A DNA stretch of 64,000 nucleotides from an uncultured Alphaproteobacteria bacterium (lineage in GTDB: Bacteria; Pseudomonadota; Alphaproteobacteria; Rhizobiales; Xanthobacteraceae). The position numbers and the translations under genes were made by a program. Shown here piece after piece: positions 9,646-20,264 of this stretch. The first letter of the stretch is position 1. Each line of letters begins with the position of its first letter. The stretch spans positions 498,921 to 562,920 of the forward strand of contig CAWEAH010000006.1 in assembly GCA_963807125.1 (NCBI GenBank), in the 5' to 3' direction. The notes under the pieces were generated by a model. The model saw only the letters and a list, made by a program, of their open reading frames with translations. It was not told the DNA's origin and ran no database searches.

Positions 9646-10779
9646 ATGGCGCTTGTAGCTACCCTTGCATCTCGAAATCTCCTCCAGGACCGGCTGCGTT
9701 TCTTCGCAACATTGATTGGCATCGTCTTTTCCGTGGTGCTGGTGATGGTGCAGATGGGCCTTTATCTCGGCTTCGGACGCATGGTGACGACGATGATCGA
9801 TCATGCGCCGGCGGATCTATGGATTGTTTCGCGCGGAACGAAGAGTTTTGAAGATTTGTCGCTGCTCGACACGCAAGCGCGAAACCGGGTGCTTGCCGTC
9901 GCCGGCGTTGCCGGCGTGACGCCGGTGGTTATCGGTTTTTCCGGTTGGCGGTTGCCGGGCGGCGGAATGACGCCGGTCTTTGTCGTCGGCTCGGATATCA
10001 ACTCGGAGGGTCTTACGCCTTGGAGCATCGTGGCTGGATCGGCGCCGGCCCTTTCGGCGTCCGACACCGTGGCAATCGATAAAACCTATTACGATCGCCT
10101 CGGCGTAACAGGCATCGGCGCGACGACCGAAATTCGCGGCCGTCCCGCCGAAGTCGTTGCGGTCACGGACGGCATTCGCTCCTTCACCACGACCCCGTAC
10201 GTGTTTGCCAATCTCGACAACGCCCGCGCCTATATCGGACTGCCGGCGACCAAGGTCAGCCATTTCCTGGTGCGGCTGAAGCCCGACGCTGAAATCCGGC
10301 AAGTTCAAAACAATATTCAATCGGCATTGCCCGACGTCGAAGCGCTCACGCCGGCGCAATTCCGCGCGCGCAGCCGGTCGTTCTGGCTGTTCGGCACCGG
10401 AGCGGGCGCGGCACTGTTCGCCGGGGCATTGCTCGGCGTCATTGTCGGCACCGTGATCGTCGCGCAAACGCTCTATTCGAGTACGAAGGATCATCTCTAC
10501 GAATTTGCGACCCTGCGTGCGATCGGCTGTTCCAAAAGCTACATCTATACCGTCATCATTCTCCAGGCCTTGATCAGCGCCGTCCTTGGCTTCGCCATCG
10601 CCGCGGTGATCGGATATGCCATTGTCGCTGCCACCGCCAAAACCTCATTGCCGATCGTGATCACGCCGGATTTGCTGGCGGCGCTGTTCCTGCTCACCGT
10701 GGCAATGTGCGTCGGTTCTGCGATTGCGGCAATCAGCCGTGTGGTCCGGCTCGATCCGGTGATGGTGATGGCCCGATGA
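9646..10779 (+). CDS. ABC transporter permease, FtsX/DevC-like
   Basis: Intact 377-aa ORF. N-terminal TM segment LRFFATLIGIVFSVVLVMVQ, a large periplasmic loop and a C-terminal FtsX-type 3-TM bundle. Confidence 0.8.
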   Translation: MALVATLASRNLLQDRLRFFATLIGIVFSVVLVMVQMGLYLGFGRMVTTMIDHAPADLWIVSRGTKSFEDLSLLDTQARNRVLAVAGVAGVTPVVIGFSGWRLPGGGMTPVFVVGSDINSEGLTPWSIVAGSAPALSASDTVAIDKTYYDRLGVTGIGATTEIRGRPAEVVAVTDGIRSFTTTPYVFANLDNARAYIGLPATKVSHFLVRLKPDAEIRQVQNNIQSALPDVEALTPAQFRARSRSFWLFGTGAGAALFAGALLGVIVGTVIVAQTLYSSTKDHLYEFATLRAIGCSKSYIYTVIILQALISAVLGFAIAAVIGYAIVAATAKTSLPIVITPDLLAALFLLTVAMCVGSAIAAISRVVRLDPVMVMAR

Positions 10780-11495
10780 CGCAGGCCATCATCGCCGCCA
10801 AGAATGTCAGCAAGACGCTGGGCAGCGGGGCCGCGCAGGTACGCGCGCTCAAGCAGGTGAATTTGTCGCTTGGCGGCGGCCTCACCATGCTGATGGGACC
10901 GTCCGGCAGCGGCAAGACCACCTTATTATCGATCCTCGGCGCCATGCTGACGCCGAGCGAAGGGACGGTGGAGATCTGCGGTCGTTCGACCCACGGCGCT
11001 GGCACGGAGATGCTTGCGGAAATCCGTCGCCGCCACATCGGTTTCGTGTTCCAGGCATTTCACCTGTTCCCGACACTGACCGCTGCGGAAAACGTCCAGC
11101 TCGCGCTCGACGTCCGCGGCGAGCGCGGCGCCATGGCGCGGGCCCGAACCCGGGAGGTCCTGACCAGGGTCGATCTGGCGCACAAGGCCGATGCCTTGCC
11201 GCGCGAGCTCAGCGGCGGCGAGCAGCAGCGTATAGCGATCGCTCGCGCTATCGTCGCCGAACCTGCGGCGATTCTTGCCGACGAGCCGACCGCGGCGCTC
11301 GATGGCGCCAACGGACAAGCGATCATGACGCTCCTTTCTGCGATTGCCCGCGAGCCAAATCGCGCTGTTCTCGTCGTCACCCACGACGCGCGGCTTACCG
11401 GATTCGCAGATGAGATCCTGCGCATGGAAGATGGCGCGCTGGTGCCGGAAGCGGCCTCTTCCTCGAATGTCTATCGGATGCGCGGCAGCGCTTGA
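10776..11495 (+). CDS. ABC transporter ATP-binding protein (DevA/MacB-type)
   Basis: Walker A GPSGSGKTT, signature LSGGEQQR and Walker B ILADEPT. The ATG at 10776 overlaps the permease stop (ATGA). Confidence 0.85.
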   Translation: MTQAIIAAKNVSKTLGSGAAQVRALKQVNLSLGGGLTMLMGPSGSGKTTLLSILGAMLTPSEGTVEICGRSTHGAGTEMLAEIRRRHIGFVFQAFHLFPTLTAAENVQLALDVRGERGAMARARTREVLTRVDLAHKADALPRELSGGEQQRIAIARAIVAEPAAILADEPTAALDGANGQAIMTLLSAIAREPNRAVLVVTHDARLTGFADEILRMEDGALVPEAASSSNVYRMRGSA

Positions 11496-11580
11496 TGGGT
11501 GGGATGCTATTCAAGCAAAGATGGGAAGGGGAATAATCCTTCCGAACCCCGATGTCATGATGCGATCGGAAGTCGCCGCG

Positions 11581-11759
11581 CTAAAGCGCATGCCGGCAGA
11601 TAAATCCTGCCAGCCAGATGGCGCCGGCGAGCGTCAAAGCGGTGACGTTCAGGACGGGTAGTTTTCACTGAGGTTGTAGAGGTAATCGGCAGCGGACCAC
11701 ATGACGAGTATCGCTGCAAAAAAGCTGGTGAGCCAGAAGAGCGCATTTCCCACCCGCAT
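11581..11759 (-). pseudogene. Candidate small 2-TM membrane protein of about 59 aa, split by one frameshift near 11650
   Basis: Below the ORF-track cutoff. GGAG lies 9 nt upstream of the ATG at 11759. Translation: MRVGNALFWLTSFFAAILVMWSAADYLYNLSENYP / VLNVTALTLAGAIWLAGFICRHAL. It is preceded by a perfect EcfG motif. Confidence 0.3.
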
Positions 11760-11794
11760 GTGCAAAACTCCACACCGAGGGTTGCTCCACGAAC

Positions 11795-11819
11795 AACGTC
11801 AGCCGATGGCCGCGGTTCC
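11795..11819 (-). promoter_or_regulatory. EcfG-type promoter motif GGAAC-N16-CGTT (minus strand)
   Basis: The + strand reads AACG (11795-98), N16, GTTCC (11815-19), 36 nt upstream of the small ORF's ATG. Confidence 0.45.
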
Positions 11820-11956
11820 GCACGCCCTCCCGGTTGCAGTGAGCCCCGTCGCCTGGGGGCGCCGGAGGCCATGATCCTGTGACCCGGATTGTGGAACTCG
11901 ACTGCGTGCGAGCTTGCCAAGCGTGACCTGCATGCGTGGCTTTCGACCGGCGAAAG

Positions 11957-13524
11957 CTACAGCTCACCCCGCGCAGCCATGGCCTTAATACGGTCAGCCA
12001 TGCGGCAGGCAATGGCCTGTATGGTCAGTGACGGGTTGACGCCGCCGACCGTCGGAAACACCGAACCATCGCAAATCCATAAATTCGGAATGTCCCAGGA
12101 TCGGCAGTCGGCATTGACCACGCTGGTGTCGGGGTCGTCCCCCATGCGCGCGGTGCCGTTGATGTGGCAGGTGTCGTCGGTTTCGTCCCAAATTTCGGTG
12201 GCGCCCGTCGCATCGAGGGCACGCCTCATGAAACCGAGCGCATGCGCGATCAATTTCTTATCGTTGTCGCAGTAGGAAAATGTAATCCGCGGGATCGGCA
12301 GGCCGTATTGATCCTTTTCGTCGGTCAGCGTCACCCGGTTGCGTTCTTGCGGCAGGCACTCGCCGACGATCTTGAGGCCGACTTGATGATTATATTTCTC
12401 CATCTCGTCGAGCAGACGCTGGCCCCACAGGCCGCGCTTGCCGGCTTGCGTGCCGGACCAGACGACCGGCAGCGGGCCTTGGCTCATATAGGCGTAACCG
12501 CCAAAGAAATCTTTCCCGTATCAGTGTAATTCCAGTGCTCCGTGATGGCGAGCGAAGGCGGTCCCTTATAGCTGCGGATGTCGCGCTCCATGACGCCCCA
12601 AACCGCCTGGTTCGACTGCACCATGAAATTCTTGCCGACGAGACCGGAGGAGTTGGCCAAACCGTCCGGGAACCGGCTCGATGCGGAATGCAGCAAAAGC
12701 CGCGGCGTCTCGATCGAATAACCGGCGACGACGACATTGCGGGCGCGCTGAAACCGCCAGACGCCTTCGCGCATATAATGGACGCCGGTTGCCCGGCCGT
12801 TGTCGTCGTGTTCGATGCGGCCCACCATGGCCAGATCGCGAATTTCAGCGCCGGCGGCGAGCGCGCGCGGCAGCCAGGTGACCAGCACGCTCTGCTTGGC
12901 GTTGGTCGAACAGCCGATGACGCACATGCCGCGATAGACGCAGGGCGGCGAATGGCCGCGCGGTGCCGAGACGGTCGCGAGCGGGGTCGGCGACCAGCCG
13001 ATGCCCAGCGCTTCGGCGCCTTCGCGCGAGAACCAGTGCCGCGGCATTCAGCTCGTGCGGTCGGTACGGATAACGCGGTCGACTGCGGGCCCCAGGGATA
13101 ATTCACCGGCCCGGAAATCTTCAGCGCGTCTTCGACCTCGGCGTAATATCTCCACATCTCGCGCCAATCGAGCGGCCAATCGGCGCCGTAGCCGAGCTTG
13201 CTCCGGCACTTGAACCATTCGGGCCGGAAGCGCAGCGACACCATGGCGAAATGCACCGTCGAGCCGCCGACCGATTTGCCGGAATTGTTGGAGCCCGAGC
13301 TGCACCGGATCGTCGCCGTCGGTGAGCCGCTCATCGGTCCAGTAGAGCTTGGCCTGGTGGTGTTCGTCGGACGCAAAGTCCTCCAGCGGCCGCCAATACG
13401 GGCCGGCATCGAGCGCCACGACTGAGAATCCATATTCAGCGAGCTTGCAGGCCAGCGTGCCGCCGCCCGCGCCAGTGCCGACAATGGCAAAGTCGACGGT
13501 TTCATCGTCGGAATATTGCCGCAT
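11957..13524 (-). pseudogene. GMC-family FAD oxidoreductase (gluconate 2-dehydrogenase flavoprotein-like), at least 4 frameshifts
   Basis: Fragments in three frames: DFAIVGTGAGGG, SNNSGKSVGGSTVHFAMVSLRF, RYPYRPHELNAA (a third frame spanning the apparent in-frame TGA at 13048), ...GIGWSPTP..., and CHINGTARMGDDPDTSVVN. Confidence 0.75.
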
Positions 13525-13594
13525 CGGCACCCAGCCGCCGGGAGAGAAAACATCCGGCGCACGGCCGCGGATGGCGCGCGGCGCCTCTTGCGCG

Positions 13595-14245
13595 TCATCC
13601 GACACGCGCATTCTCCCGCCGCGCGCGTTCCTCGCGGCCCGGGCGCGCTTCCGACGCTTCCCAGGGATCGCGCCGGTCGAAATTCATGCGCACATAGCCG
13701 CGCGGCGACGCCGGACCGCCGAAGCCGATCTCATTCCATGACGTGGGATGCGCGTAATAGGAGCTGACGATGTCGTGCAGGAGCTCGTTTGGTGAAAAAG
13801 CTCTTGGGCGGCAGATCGCGCCAGGCGCGATTTTCGACCGTGCCGTTCTGAACCGCCGTCAGAATTGCGTCCTGCGTCCAAGCGGGTCAAGCTCGTGAAA
13901 TCGTCGGCGGTGGCGATCTGGGATTCGGCGTCAAGCGCGGCAAGGCCGCGCCGCCAAGCGTCGCGCATCGGCGGCAGCTCCGCGTAGCGGTAGCCGTCGC
14001 CGGCGTTGCGGTACATTTTCTCGTCGACCATGGCGGCGAGCGGAACGGGGTGCGGGCGAGCGGTCGTTTGCGGCACGATGCGGTCGCAGATCGCGCGCAG
14101 CGTCGGCCATTCCTCGTCGGAGAAGAAAAGATGCCGGTCTGGATCGAGCGCCAGCCGTTCGATCGATCACCTTTCGGGTCTGATCGTTCCACGACATCGA
14201 ATTGCGCTTCTTGAGAACGTCGTAGCCGGGATAGCGCTCAGACAT
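13595..14245 (-). pseudogene. Gluconate 2-dehydrogenase subunit 3-like small subunit, about 3 frameshifts
   Basis: Pieces MSERYPGYDVLKKRNSMSWNDQTRKVID..., FFSDEEWPTLRAICDRIVPQ, YYAHPTSWNEIGFGGPASPRGY, recovered from different frames. Confidence 0.55.
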
Positions 14246-15296
14246 CGGTTTCCGCCTCCTCGATCAGAGTAAGCGCGGCAAGTCCGGCGAGCGCCAAGCC
14301 GGTAAAGCTCGGCGGCGCCGGCAAAGGCGGGCCGTTCAATACGTTTTGCGACCAGTTGCGCCAGCCGCCCATGTTGCGAGACACGCCGTAGGCGTGAAAT
14401 CCCACACCGGCGAAGCCAAGCAGCGCCGTCAGGCGCAGCCACCAGCGCGCCAGGCGATTGATCGTCCGGCCCGGGCGTAGTGCCGCCGCGCCAAGCGCCA
14501 CGGAAGCGAGCGGGGAAGCGTCACCGGCAGCACCATCGCCGGATCGTGGTAGGCGCCGCGAAAATGCAGGAGGCCGGCTTCAGCCGACGGTGCCTGCAAG
14601 TCCCGCGGCGGTGACAGCGGCCAGCATTCGGCCCGCCGGCAGGCCGAGCACCGTCGCCTCGTCGAGCGGCCGCGTATCGCGGACCCGCTCCGCGCCGCGT
14701 CCGATGCAGCCCTGCCAAAGCCAGCGCCATCGGCGCGCCAATCGGGCGCTGCATAGAACAGATTGAGCCATGACCATCCGCCAGGCCGCTTGAGGATATT
14801 GTAGAGATGAAAGCCCAGGCCTGTGAAGCCGGTGGCGGCTGCCGAGCCATAGACAACATCGCGCCCCATGTGCTTTCGCGCGCGCGCATCGCTAAAGCCA
14901 AAGAGACTCGCGCCGAGCGTCGCGGCGGCGGCAATCAGCGGCGTGTACATGGCGCGATTTTGGAACGAGCCGCGGTAGTGCTCGACGGCGCTATCGGTGA
15001 GGACGGAAAAGGCCAGCAGCGCCGCGCTGCCGTTAAGCTTGCGTCCGGTGGTGCGGGTTAACCGGGTCCGCTTTGCTCTCGCGGGCGGCGCATAACGCCG
15101 TGTCAGTCTGTGCAGCTCTCGCAGTTTCGCCAGCGGTGAGGGCGGCGGGGGCGCCGAGCCGTTTGACAAGGCCGCCCCTCAATAAGGGCGATGCTGCAAT
15201 TTTTGCGGCGTGGCGCGGACGCACGACAATCAAAGCCGCGGCGCCGGCCAGCGCCAGGTTTGCCAGCAAATCGAGGGCGGGCATCGGGCGCGTCAT
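14238..15296 (-). pseudogene. Multi-TM membrane protein of unknown function, at least 4 frameshifts
   Basis: Hydrophobic segments are recoverable only by frame hopping (ORFs 15033..15296, 14429..15169, 14521..14934, 14238..14501). Its start and stop overlap both neighbours. Confidence 0.45.
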
Positions 15297-16409
15297 GACG
15301 GAGCTCCGTTGACGCGATAGCGCTCGGCGTCCCGCGACTTGAAGGTCAGACCGTGCCCGGGCCGGCTCCAGTCGATTTCAATGGCGCCGTCGTGAGCGAC
15401 CGGGGCGCCATCGAACAGCATCTGCTCGATGCGCACATGATCGTGGAACCATTCGAGATGGCGCAGGCGCGGCACGGCACAGCCGACGTGACGATGAACC
15501 GACGGGGCGCAATGGGCCGACAGGTCGATATGGTGCGCCTCGCATAAAGCCCCGACCTGCAGAAAACCGGTGATGCCGCCGCAGCGCGTGGCGTCGGCCT
15601 GCAGAACGTCGACGGCATCGGCCTCGAGCATCCGGCGCGCATCGTCGAGCGTATAGGTGTATTCGCCGGCGGCAATGTCAATCTGGCCGGGTGCGCGCTG
15701 GCGCATCAGCCGCAAGCCCGGCAGATCGTCCGAGGTCACCGGTTCTTCAAACCAGCGGATGTCGGCATCCGCGCAAGCGTCGGCAAAGGTCAGCGCCTCC
15801 TTCACCGAGAAAGCGCCATTGGCATCGACGAACAATTCATGCTCGCCGATGGCGTCCTTGGCGTCCATGACGCGCTCCGGGTCGCGCTCGGGGTCGCTGC
15901 CGATTTTCATTTTGACGAAACGGCAACCGTCGCGTTCCACCCAGCCGGAGAGCTGGTCGCGAAGCTGCTGGCTCGAATAGCTGGTAAAGCCGCCGCTGCC
16001 ATAGATCGGCACGCTGTCCCGGCACCGGCCGAGCAACGCCGCCAGCGGCAGATCGAGCGCTTTCGCCTTGAGATCCCACAGCGCATGTATCGACCGCGGA
16101 GATCGCACAGGCGGCTAACCCGGAACGGCCGAGGTTGCGCACGCTGCGCTGCATCGCCATCCAGCATCCGGGAATGTCGAAGCTGTCGCGCCGTACGATA
16201 GCGTTGCCGAGAAATCTTTCGCCAGCGCGGCGACGGTGGCATCGGCATAAGTATAGCCGAGGCCTTCTTCGCCACCTGCCGTCGACGTGGACGACGATCA
16301 GCGTCGTCGAGTCCCAGCTGAGCGTGCCGTCGGCCTCCGGACTGTCCGTCGGGATCCGGTACGCCTGCGCTCGCACCTCGTCGATTGGCGGACCGCCGCT
16401 GTTCGACAC
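15293..16409 (-). pseudogene. Mandelate racemase/muconate lactonizing enzyme (enolase superfamily) protein, about 3 frameshifts
   Basis: N-terminus MSNSGGPPIDEVRAQAYRIPTDSPEADGTLSWDSTTLIVVHV. C-terminal ORF 15293..16108 contains ALWDLKAKALDLPLAALLG...FVKMKIG...FVDANGAF...RWFEEP. Confidence 0.7.
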
Positions 16410-16418
16410 TGTTGCTTC

Positions 16419-18203
16419 TCACTTCCCAGGCACAAGCGTAGCCAGGACCTGTCTTGCGGTTTCCCTGATCATGCCGCCTTCGTGCGGGTCGCCCTTGATC
16501 AGAGCCTCGGTCAGATGCTTGGCTTCGGCCAAGGTGATGTGCGGCGGCAGCGGCGGCACTTCGGGGTCGGTCTTGACCTCAAGCACCACCGGTCGGTCGG
16601 CCGCGAAGGCTTGATCCCACGCCGGCCCCAGCGCATCGGGGCGATCCACATAGATGCCCTTCAGTCCGATCAACTCGGCGAACTTGTGATACGGCACATT
16701 GGGAATCTGCTGCGAGGCATTGAATTTCGGATCGCCCTCCATCACCCGCTGTTCCCAGGTCACCTGGTTCAGGTCTTCGTTGTTGAAGACGCAGACGATC
16801 CAGCGGTGATCGGTCCATTGCCGCCAGTATTTTGCGACCGTGATCAGCTCGGCCATGTTGTTCATCTGCATCGCGCCGTCGCCGACCAGCGCGATCAACC
16901 GGCCGGTCGGGATGGGCGAATTTGGCGGCGATGGCGTAGGGCACCGCGGCGCCCATCGACGCCAGACCGCCGGACAGCGACGCCATCATGCCGCGCCGCA
17001 TTTTCAGGTCGCGCGCATACCAGTTGGCGCACGAGCCGGAATCGCTGGTGATGATGACGCCGTCGGGCAGGCGCGGCGACAGCTCCCAGGTCACGCGCTG
17101 CGGATTGACCGGCTTGGCCGGCTCCATGGCGCGGGCTTCGAGCACCTTCCACCACTCGGCGACGTTCTTCTCGATGCCTTCGCGCCATTTGCGGTCGGAC
17201 TTTTGCTTGAGCATCGGCAGCAGAGCGCGCAGGGTTTCGGCGGCATCGCCGACCAGATTGACTTCCATCGGATAGCGCAGCGACAGCATGTCGGGTGCGA
17301 TATCGATCTGCACGCCGCGCGCCTTGCCCTCCTTCGGCAGGAACTCCGAATAGGGGAAGCCGGAGCCGATCATCAGCAGCGTGTCGCATTCGGTCATCAG
17401 CTCGTAGCTCGGCTTGGTGCCGAGCATGCCGATCGAGCCGGTGACCCAGGGCAGGTCGTCGGGCAGCACCGCCTTGCCCAGCAGCGCCTTGGCCACGCCG
17501 GCGCCGAGCCTGTCGGCGATCGCGATCACTTCGTCGGTCGCATCGCAAGGCGCCGGCGCCGACCAGCATGGCGACCTTTTCGCCGCTGTTGAGCACATCG
17601 GCCGCGCGGCGCAGGTCGGCCTCGTAGGGAACGTCTTCGGCTTGGAAAAGCCGATGCCGGAATGCACGGTGCCGTGCATGCGCGGCGGTCGTGATAGGGC
17701 GCGTCCTGAAGATCGTTCGGCAGGATGATCGCGGTCACGCGCCGCTCGCCGAGCGCGATGCGGATGGCGCGATCGATCAGGTGGCGTACCTGCGCGGCCG
17801 TCGAGGCCTGTTGCACGAAAGCGCCGGCGACGTCCTTGTACAGCGACGCGAGATCGACTTCCTGCTGGTAGTGGCCGCCCATCGCGGTGCGCGCCTGCTG
17901 GCCGGCAATGGCCAGCACCGGCATATGATCGAGCCGGGCGTCGTAGAGCCCGGTGATCAGATGCGATGCGCCGGGACCCGAAGTCGCGATGCAGACGCCG
18001 AGCTCGCCGGTGAACTTGGCGTAGGCCGAGGCCATGAAGGCGGCCATTTCCTCGTGCCGCGCCTGGATGAATTCGATCTTGCCGTCGGCGCGGTTCAGCG
18101 CGCCGAACACGCCATTGATGCCGTCGCCCGGATAGCCGAAGATTTTCCGCACGCCCCAGGCATGGAGCCGTTCAACCAGGAAGTCGCCCACCGTCTTGGC
18201 CAT
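16419..18203 (-). pseudogene. Thiamine-pyrophosphate enzyme, pyruvate oxidase/dehydrogenase (PoxB)-like, about 3-4 frameshifts
   Basis: N-terminus MAKTVGDFLVERLHAWGVRKIFGYPGDGINGV. Middle section ...GSIGMLGTKPSYELM.... C-terminal TPP motif LVGDGAMQMNNMAELITV...NNEDLNQVTWEQR. The three ORF fragments are in different frames. Confidence 0.75.
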
Positions 18204-18286
18204 TATTGTCTTTGCTCCATGGTCTTTGCTCGAATGGGAACGCCGGGGGATGGCGTTCGAACGCAAATTCTTGAGGACTAGGGCTA

Positions 18287-18311
18287 AACGGCGGGGGGAC
18301 CGTGCGGTTCC
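18287..18311 (-). promoter_or_regulatory. EcfG-type promoter motif GGAAC-N16-CGTT (minus strand)
   Basis: The + strand reads AACG (18287-90), N16, GTTCC (18307-11), 84 nt upstream of the poxB-like ATG. Confidence 0.5.
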
Positions 18312-18391
18312 CTCTGCGACATGTCGTCAGGGTCTGCGAGCGCACACTTCCAAAGGAACTTCGCGTTCGCGCGCTGTGGCCCTCGACTCGG

Positions 18392-19284
18392 CTAAATCTC
18401 TTTCATGACCTGCGCATAGGCAATCAACGCGAAGAGAGCGGTGCCGCCGACAATGTTGCCGATGAGGGTGGGAACGACGAATTGTCCCAGCATTGCCAGC
18501 CAGCTCACCTCGCCATTAAGCACCAGCAGAAAGGCTTCGGCGCTGCCGGCGATGATGTGCATGAAGCTGCCGGCCGAGATCAGATAGGTCATGAGCACGA
18601 TCACGTAAAACTGCGCCGATTCGGCGCTCGGTATGAGCCAGACCATGGCGGCCATCAAAAAGCCCGCGGCGATACCGCGAAAAAACATCTCCGGCAGGCT
18701 GTGGCCGAGAATATGACGGCTGATGTCGATCATGCCGTTAAAAAGCTCCGGAGTGAGCACCGGCGTAAATCTGCAGAACAGCGCGGCAAACAGGGTACCG
18801 GCGAAATTCGCGATTAGCACCACGCTCCACAGCCGTGCAAGCTTGCCGAGACTGTTCCAGCTAAACGCCGCCATGACCGGCAAAACCGCCGTGATCGTGC
18901 TTTCCGTGAATAATTGCTGCCGCGACATCACCACCATGACGAAGCCGGCGGAATAGCCCAAATCGGCGATCAGCGGACGCCATGGCGCATCCGGCAGATG
19001 CGTCTGCAGGATGGCTTGCGCCAACAGTGAGAAGCTGATCGAAAGACCTGCGGCGACGCCCGACCACCACAATGAAACGATCGGGCGCACCATTTCTTCT
19101 TCGCCTTGGCGGCGGACGATTTCGTAAATGACGGGTGTGCGCGGAGACGACAGCTCCTCGATATCTTCGACCTCGCGCTCGGTGATCTTTTGTCCGTCGC
19201 CGGAATCGTCACCGAGCTTGTCGGAACGCTGTGACGGGCGGCGGTTTTGATCGAGTCTTGTGCGGCCTGGCGGTCATCGCTCAT
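18392..19284 (-). pseudogene. Formate/nitrite transporter (FNT) family channel (one frameshift near 19225)
   Basis: ORF 18392..19093 is a multi-TM FNT-like protein (…LFTESTITAVLP…, FMHIIAGSAEAF). The N-terminal leader MSDDRQAAQ... is in another frame, then ...ITEREVEDIEELSSPRTPVIYEIVRRQGEEE follows in frame with the channel. Confidence 0.65.
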
Positions 19285-19290
19285 ACGCAT

Positions 19291-19633
19291 TCAATAATAA
19301 CGCGACAAATAATCGTTGAAGGTGAGGCTGAACATGAAGATGAGCCAAAACAGACCGGCGCCGGCGATAAGGCGCACGATCACCGTGGCGTTTTGCAGAT
19401 CCATCAGGAACGTCACCAGCAGCACGATCATGACGGCGGCAATCAGCGAGATTGGCCGCGATATTGCCGTCGCCGAGCGGGAGATAGGCCGAGCCCAGGC
19501 TGATCGCGAATAGAACGATCAAAGCCAGCCAGACGAGCGCCGGGCCCTTCCACAGCCACCAGGCCTGCGCGCGGCGCTCGCTGCGCCGCTGCGCGTCAAG
19601 CTCGGGATGGGACGATGGCGCGTGGTCGGTCAT
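19291..19633 (-). pseudogene. Small cytochrome oxidase subunit IV-like membrane protein (one frameshift near 19445)
   Basis: MTDHAPSSHPELDAQ...WKGPALVWLALIVLFAISLGSAYLPLG then, in another frame, IAAVMIVLLVTFLMDLQNATVIVRLIAGAGLFWLIFMFSLTFNDYLSRYY. The ATG overlaps the subunit III stop. Confidence 0.5.
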
Positions 19634-20264
19634 GAGCGGCCCGCCAGATAGAGGAGGGGGTAAAGCACGAGCCAGACCGAATCGACGAAGTGCCAATAGA
19701 TGGCGACGCCTTCCATGGTCGAGCCCTGAACCGGAATGACGCGGCGTTTGAACAGGACGAGCACGACCAGCACGATGGCGATACCGCCGGTGAGATGAAC
19801 CGCGTGGATGCCGGTCATGATCCAATAGAAGCCCCAGAACATCTGGGTTGCCGGCGGCGACAGCGGAAAATGCGGCCCGGGAAAGAGGTGCTCCTTGAGA
19901 TCCTCGCGGTATTCGAGGCCTTTGCAGATCAGGAACGCGACCCCGAGCGCGGCGGTGACGGCAAGGCAAGACGAGCGTCAGATCGCGCATGTTCGCGGTC
20001 GCGGCGCGCAGCGCAACGGTCATGGTCAGGCTCGAGGTCAACAGCAACGCGGTGTTGATCGTGCCGTAGACGATTTCGGTATGTTCGCCGGCGATACGAA
20101 AGGCGTCTTCATTGAAGCTGCGATAGACGGCGTAGCTGACGAACAAGCCGCCGAAGAACAGAACTTCGCTGGCCAGGAACATCCACATGCCCAAGCCCGA
20201 CGCCTTCGCGTTGCAGGCGCAGGTTCGGCCAGGGATGCTGCAATGCGCCGGCGGCGTCGCTCAT
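19630..20264 (-). pseudogene. ctaE: Cytochrome c oxidase subunit III (two frameshifts, near 20191 and 19975)
   Basis: MSDAAGALQHPW..., then LGMWMFLASEVLFFGGLF...TSSLTMTVAL, then FWGFYWIMTGIHAVHLTGG...AIYWHFVDSVWLVLYPLLY. Confidence 0.75.

Noticed and set aside
13045-13050. In-frame TGA between two same-frame halves of the GMC oxidoreductase. I considered selenocysteine or programmed read-through.
   Set aside because: The conserved peptide RYPYRPHELNAA is encoded across this point in the third frame, so the stop results from two nearby frameshifts. I saw no SECIS-like context.
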